Under the pieces are notes generated by a model. The model was not told where the DNA came from. It saw only the letters and a list, made by a program, of their open reading frames with translations, and did not search any database. The translations under genes were made by a program, and so were the position numbers. A DNA stretch of 64,000 bases from Bdellovibrionales bacterium (GTDB lineage: Bacteria > Bdellovibrionota > Bdellovibrionia > Bdellovibrionales > UBA1609), in assembly GCA_965205945.1 (NCBI GenBank), contig CBDBIB010000001.1:1-64000 (forward strand). The letters run 5' to 3'. This document shows positions 59,483 to 64,000 of the stretch, piece by piece. Position 1 is the stretch's first letter, and each line of letters opens with the position of its first letter.

Positions 59483-62400
59483 TTAATAACCAGGGCTACA
59501 ACGTGTAAAATTAGGTTTTTCAGCACGAGTCCAAGAAGTTAAAGTTCGGCCTGAAAAACTGCCGCAATCGAGAACGTTAGAAACATTCCATGAACTGATG
59601 TCTTGATCAAAAGAAGCTGCATTATTAAACATACTCCCCATATCAGTAACCTTAGAAGTGTCCCAGTTAGAGGTGTCAGGGTTAGCTAAATCTGCATTAG
59701 AAAACATAGAGTTCATATCAGTAACCTTAGAAGTGTCCCAGTTAGAGGTGTCAGGGTTAGCTAAATCTGCATTAGAAAACATAGAGTTCATATAAGTAAC
59801 ATTAGAAGTGTCCCAGTCAGAGGTGTCAGGGTTAGCTAAATCTGCATTATAAAACATAAAGCTCATATCAGTAACCTTAGAAGTGTCCCAGTTAGAGGTG
59901 TCAGGGTTAGCTAAAGCTGCATTATAAAACATAGAGCTCATACTAGTAACCTTAGAAGTGTCCCAGTCAGAGGTGTCAGGGTTAGCTAAAGCTGCACTTA
60001 AAAACATAGAGCTCATATCAGTAACCTTAGAAGTGTCCCAGTTAGAGGTGTCAGGGTTAGCTAAAGCTGCATTATAAAACATAGAGTTCATATAAGTAAC
60101 ATTAGAAGTGTCCCAGTCAGAGGTGTCAGGGTTAGCTAAAGCTGCACTTAAAAACATAGAGCTCATATCAGTAACCTTAGAAGTGTCCCAGTTAGAGGTG
60201 TCAGGGTTAGCTAAAGCTGCATTATAAAACATAGAGCTCATACTAGTAACCTTAGAAGTGTCCCAGTCAGAGGTGTCAGGGTTAGCTAAATCTGCATTAG
60301 AAAACATAGAGTTCATATCAGTAACCTTAGAAGTGTCCCAGTTAGAGGTGTCAGGGTTAGCTAAATCTGCATTAGAAAACATCCAGTTCATATCAGTAAC
60401 CTTAGAAGTGTCCCAGTCAGAGGTGTCAGGGTTAGCTAAATCTGCATTATAAAACATAAAGCTCATATCAGTAACCTTAGAAGTGTCCCAGTCAGAGGTG
60501 TCAGGGTTAGCTAAATCTGCATTATAAAACATAAAGCTCATATCAGTAACCTTAGAAGTGTCCCAGTCAGAGGTGTCAGGGTTAGCTAAATCTGCATTAT
60601 AAAACATAAAGCTCATACTAGTAACCTTAGAAGTGTCCCAGTCAGAGGTGTCAGGGTTAGCTAAAGCTGCACTTAAAAACATAGAGCTCATATCAGTAAC
60701 CTTAGAAGTGTCCCAGTTAGAGGTGTCAGGGTTAGCTAAAGCTGCACTTAAAAACATAGAGCTCATATCAGTAACCTTAGAAGTGTCCCAGTTAGAGGTG
60801 TCAGGGTTAGCTAAATCTGCATTAGAAAACATAGAGTTCATATAAGTAACCTTAGAAGTGTCCCAGTTAGAGGTGTCAGGGTTAGCTAAATCTGCATTAG
60901 AAAACATAGAGCTCATATCAGTAACCTTAGAAGTGTCCCAGTTAGAGGTGTCAGGGTTAGCTAAATCTGCATTATTAAACATAGAGCTCATACTAGTAAC
61001 CTTAGAAGTGTCCCAGTTAGAGGTGTCAGGGTTAGCTAAATCTGCATTAGAAAACATAGAGTTCATATAAGTAACATTAGAAGTGTCCCAGTTAGAGGTG
61101 TCAGGGTTAGCTAAATCTGCATTAGAAAACATAGAGTTCATATAAGTAACATTAGAAGTGTCCCAGTCAGAGGTGTCAGGGTTAGCTAAATCTGCATTAT
61201 AAAACATAAAGCTCATATCAGTAACCTTAGAAGTGTCCCAGTTAGAGGTGTCAGGGTTAGCTAAATCTGCATCAGAAAACATCCAGTTCATATCAGTAAC
61301 CTTAGAAGTGTCCCAGTCAGAGGTGTCAGGGTTAGCTAAATCTGCATTATAAAACATAAAGCTCATATCAGTAACCTTAGAAGTGTCCCAGTTAGAGGTG
61401 TCAGGGTTAGCTAAATCTGCATCAGAAAACATCCAGTTCATATCAGTAACCTTAGAAGTGTCCCAGTTAGAGGTGTCAGGGTTAGCTAAAGCTGCACTTA
61501 AAAACATAGAGCTCATATCAGTAACCTTAGAAGTGTCCCAGTCAGAGGTGTCAGGGTTAGCTAAATCTGCATTATTAAACATAGAGCTCATACTAGTAAC
61601 CTTAGAAGTGTCCCAGTCAGAGGTGTCAGGGTTAGCTAAATCTGCATTATAAAACATAGAGCTCATATCAGTAACCTTAGAAGTGTCCCAGTCAGAGGTG
61701 TCAGGGTTAGCTAAATCTGCATTATTAAACATAGAGCTCATACTAGTAACCTTAGAAGTGTCCCAGTTAGAGGTGTCAGGGTTAGCTAAATCTGCATTAT
61801 AAAACATAGAGCTCATATCAGTAACCTTAGAAGTGTCCCAGTTAGAGGTGTCAGGGTTAGCTAAATCTGCATTATTAAACATAGAGCTCATACTAGTAAC
61901 CTTAGAAGTGTCCCAGTTAGAGGTGTCAGGGTTAGCTAAATCTGCATCATAAAACATCAAGCTCATATTAGTAACATGTCTAGTTGAGCCACCATTAACA
62001 AGAGTTAAGTTATCTGCTTTATAAAACATATAACTAAAACTTTCCCACCCTGTGTCTCCTAATTCTGTAACCTCAATTATTTGCTCGCTATCACGAAAGT
62101 TAAGATATGGGCAGCGCCCAGTGATTTTAACTATATAAGTCCCTGAAGATGAATAAGTATGATTTTTATCTAAATCACTTGATGAAGTAACAACTCCCGA
62201 GGTTCCATCCCCCCAATGAACCATAAAGTTATATGTATAAGAAGAACTTAAACTAAGATTTAAATTTAAATCACTACCATAAATACTAAATTTAGCTGTA
62301 AAAGGGGTTCCTAAATTTTGTATTTCAGTGCTTAAACTAACTACATCAGACAGGTTTCCGGCTGCATCTTGTGCAACACCAGAGGCGATTGTAATTTGAA

Positions 62401-64000
62401 TATTTCCGGTTTCATCACTGCAGTCTGAAATCCTAATACTTGGATTAATAGTTGTTCCATTTGTTACTAAAACTGTGCAACCTGTAGTAGCTCCAGTAAG
62501 GCTGACATTGCTCTTTTCTAGGTTTATACTACTAAAGTCTTGGCTTACAGTTATGGGAAAGTCTATAGAATTTGAACTGCTTATTATATGGCTTCCAATA
62601 CTGACAATAGGGGGTTTAGTATCTTTTATTAGATTTAAAACACCTGAAGTTTTAGAATTTCCAGCAATGTTTGTGATACTAGCAGTTAGTGAAAGTGGAC
62701 CATCACTTAGGCTTGAAAAATCAATATCACCACTAAAGCTTTTATTAGAACAGGTAATAAAGCTTGTACCATGTGAAAATGTGATAAGCTCACCATTTTC
62801 AGAACATGTTCCTAAAACCCTAAAACCCCCCTCATTAATAGAATTAATGTAAGATCCACTTAAAGAGTTTGTAATAGAAATTGTTGGATCATTGTTACTT
62901 AAAAAAGTTTTCCACACTACCCCATCGCAAAACTCCAGTTTTTTTCCTAAAGAATTATACCTTAAAGTACCCTCAGTTAAACTGTCACAAGGGGTTGTAA
63001 CTGTTCCAACTTTTTTTAAAAATGTAACAGTAGATGTACTAATAGATCCTGGAGTAGAAATGCTTCCAGAGACAGAAACATCACCATTATTGTTAATAGT
63101 GATTCCTTCATCATCGCCGTCTCCACTTAAATAATTTTGGTTAAGATTTATATTTAATCGAGCCCTGCCATCTCCCATATTATCAGCACTGCTTGGTAAG
63201 TTTATAAGCCGACTTCCATCAACAGCAGGCAGTCTTAAAGAGCTATCAAGCTTAATAAGCTGATTGCTCCCTGTGCCAACATCTAATCTAGCTGTGCTAA
63301 TGGTTCCTGAAGTGATCTTTTCTCCATTTAAATCTGGTATATCAGATTTTAATAAACTTAAACCCTCAACCACTCTTCCTTTAACATCAACTCTAACTTT
63401 TGGGTACGTCCCTTGGGTTACACCCGTTGGTATAAGACTAGGGTTCGGGTAGGTTCCTGTAAGATCCCCTTGAGCCTGGCTTCCTAAAAGACTTGTGTCT
63501 GTCACACATGACCATAAATAAATAGGACCTTCACTCATTTGAAGTTTTTCATTGCTTTCACAATTAGGCACTCCACCAGCATCCATTGCGTTGCCTCGAC
63601 TTGTGCCTAAAGAAGCTTTTAAATAACCGTTTAAAAAGTTTGAATGTGTTATTTTTTTAAGACCACTTTGAGAAACATCATACATTAAAACACTGTCTAA
63701 AGAATCAGCCGTAGTTTTTTCTGTAGTTTTGTTAATGTCTACACTTAAACTTCTATTAGTTGATAAATCTCCACCTCCACTTAATCCACTGTTTAAAGCC
63801 GTTCTAATAGTTCTAGTTATTGGAGCTTTTCTAGATTCAAGTTCATTAAGTGCACCTTCTACATCTGTAGCCTGAATGTTTCCAAATGGAGTGTAGGTCA
63901 CCGTGTTTGCCGCCAGACTTGCTAAACTCCAACCTTCAGACACATCCTTACAATTTGCTCCTCTTTCATCACAAATTTGTGTTATTCTTGCTGTTCCAGC
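59483..64000 (-). CDS. Fibre-like surface adhesin with Ig/PKD-like domains and a C-terminal DUF285/BspA-type repeat solenoid (5' end beyond the window)
   Basis: Frame stays open to nt 64000; GDLTGTYPNP, GTYPKVRVDVKGRV, RLPAVDGS, GTLRYN...LEFCDG..W, VHWGDG...HTYSSSGTY.VKITG, FDQDISSWNVSNV. Confidence 0.88.
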   Translation of the reverse strand, partial: AGTARITQICDERGANCKDVSEGWSLASLAANTVTYTPFGNIQATDVEGALNELESRKAPITRTIRTALNSGLSGGGDLSTNRSLSVDINKTTEKTTADSLDSVLMYDVSQSGLKKITHSNFLNGYLKASLGTSRGNAMDAGGVPNCESNEKLQMSEGPIYLWSCVTDTSLLGSQAQGDLTGTYPNPSLIPTGVTQGTYPKVRVDVKGRVVEGLSLLKSDIPDLNGEKITSGTISTARLDVGTGSNQLIKLDSSLRLPAVDGSRLINLPSSADNMGDGRARLNINLNQNYLSGDGDDEGITINNNGDVSVSGSISTPGSISTSTVTFLKKVGTVTTPCDSLTEGTLRYNSLGKKLEFCDGVVWKTFLSNNDPTISITNSLSGSYINSINEGGFRVLGTCSENGELITFSHGTSFITCSNKSFSGDIDFSSLSDGPLSLTASITNIAGNSKTSGVLNLIKDTKPPIVSIGSHIISSSNSIDFPITVSQDFSSINLEKSNVSLTGATTGCTVLVTNGTTINPSIRISDCSDETGNIQITIASGVAQDAAGNLSDVVSLSTEIQNLGTPFTAKFSIYGSDLNLNLSLSSSYTYNFMVHWGDGTSGVVTSSSDLDKNHTYSSSGTYIVKITGRCPYLNFRDSEQIIEVTELGDTGWESFSYMFYKADNLTLVNGGSTRHVTNMSLMFYDADLANPDTSNWDTSKVTSMSSMFNNADLANPDTSNWDTSKVTDMSSMFYNADLANPDTSNWDTSKVTSMSSMFNNADLANPDTSDWDTSKVTDMSSMFYNADLANPDTSDWDTSKVTSMSSMFNNADLANPDTSDWDTSKVTDMSSMFLSAALANPDTSNWDTSKVTDMNWMFSDADLANPDTSNWDTSKVTDMSFMFYNADLANPDTSDWDTSKVTDMNWMFSDADLANPDTSNWDTSKVTDMSFMFYNADLANPDTSDWDTSNVTYMNSMFSNADLANPDTSNWDTSNVTYMNSMFSNADLANPDTSNWDTSKVTSMSSMFNNADLANPDTSNWDTSKVTDMSSMFSNADLANPDTSNWDTSKVTYMNSMFSNADLANPDTSNWDTSKVTDMSSMFLSAALANPDTSNWDTSKVTDMSSMFLSAALANPDTSDWDTSKVTSMSFMFYNADLANPDTSDWDTSKVTDMSFMFYNADLANPDTSDWDTSKVTDMSFMFYNADLANPDTSDWDTSKVTDMNWMFSNADLANPDTSNWDTSKVTDMNSMFSNADLANPDTSDWDTSKVTSMSSMFYNAALANPDTSNWDTSKVTDMSSMFLSAALANPDTSDWDTSNVTYMNSMFYNAALANPDTSNWDTSKVTDMSSMFLSAALANPDTSDWDTSKVTSMSSMFYNAALANPDTSNWDTSKVTDMSFMFYNADLANPDTSDWDTSNVTYMNSMFSNADLANPDTSNWDTSKVTDMNSMFSNADLANPDTSNWDTSKVTDMGSMFNNAASFDQDISSWNVSNVLDCGSFSGRTLTSWTRAEKPNFTRCSPGY
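59637..61961 (-). repeat. 31 tandem in-frame 75-bp (25-aa) repeats
   Basis: GTTAGCTAAA recurs every 75 nt from 59681 to 61931; unit LANPDTS(N/D)WDTS(K/N)VTxMxxMFxxA(D/A). Confidence 0.97.

Noticed and set aside
59637..61961. CRISPR array
   Set aside because: Fixed 75-nt in-frame period inside an ORF, no unique spacers, no cas genes
47031..61961. Diversity-generating retroelement acting on the vWA paralogues or the repeat array
   Set aside because: No reverse transcriptase in the window; variation includes non-adenine changes (TCT/TTT/TGG, AAG/AAT) and indels
60258..63452. Repetitive + strand ORFs (SQLEVSGLAKSAL...) and other + strand ORFs
   Set aside because: Antisense shadows of the adhesin gene

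Overview
AT-rich bacterial chromosome segment whose gene content suggests a predatory Bdellovibrionota organism (inference: FabMG-type ENR, giant uncharacterised lipoproteins, DILWVIDNS-type vWA lipoproteins, fibre-like adhesin). 1-6.2 kb holds housekeeping genes (gap end, pgk, tpiA, frameshifted threonine dehydratase, hisC, lolC/E-like, ridA). 6.4-12.0 kb is a mobile-element cluster: an IS1595-derived mini-element, two near-identical IS3-family copies in direct orientation around a GC-richer HipB/HipA cargo, and a second truncated XRE gene. 12.4-24.7 kb holds psd, scpBA, a site-2 protease, acyl-CoA dehydrogenase, a peptidoglycan-recycling cluster and nrdAB. 25-46.5 kb holds two beta-barrel/large-lipoprotein pairs, an IS5 relic, a 1504-aa membrane protein, FabMG-like ENR, a pseudouridine synthase, an SDR and an OppA-like protein. 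46.4-64 kb is the most interesting part. It has four mosaic vWA lipoprotein paralogues and one small lipoprotein, each preceded by a sigma28/FliA-type promoter 6 nt before the start codon (probably leaderless). It also has a candidate ~65-nt sRNA and a fibre-like adhesin ending in 31 x 75-bp DUF285/BspA repeats that appear to vary only non-synonymously. No tRNA, rRNA or CRISPR array was seen.
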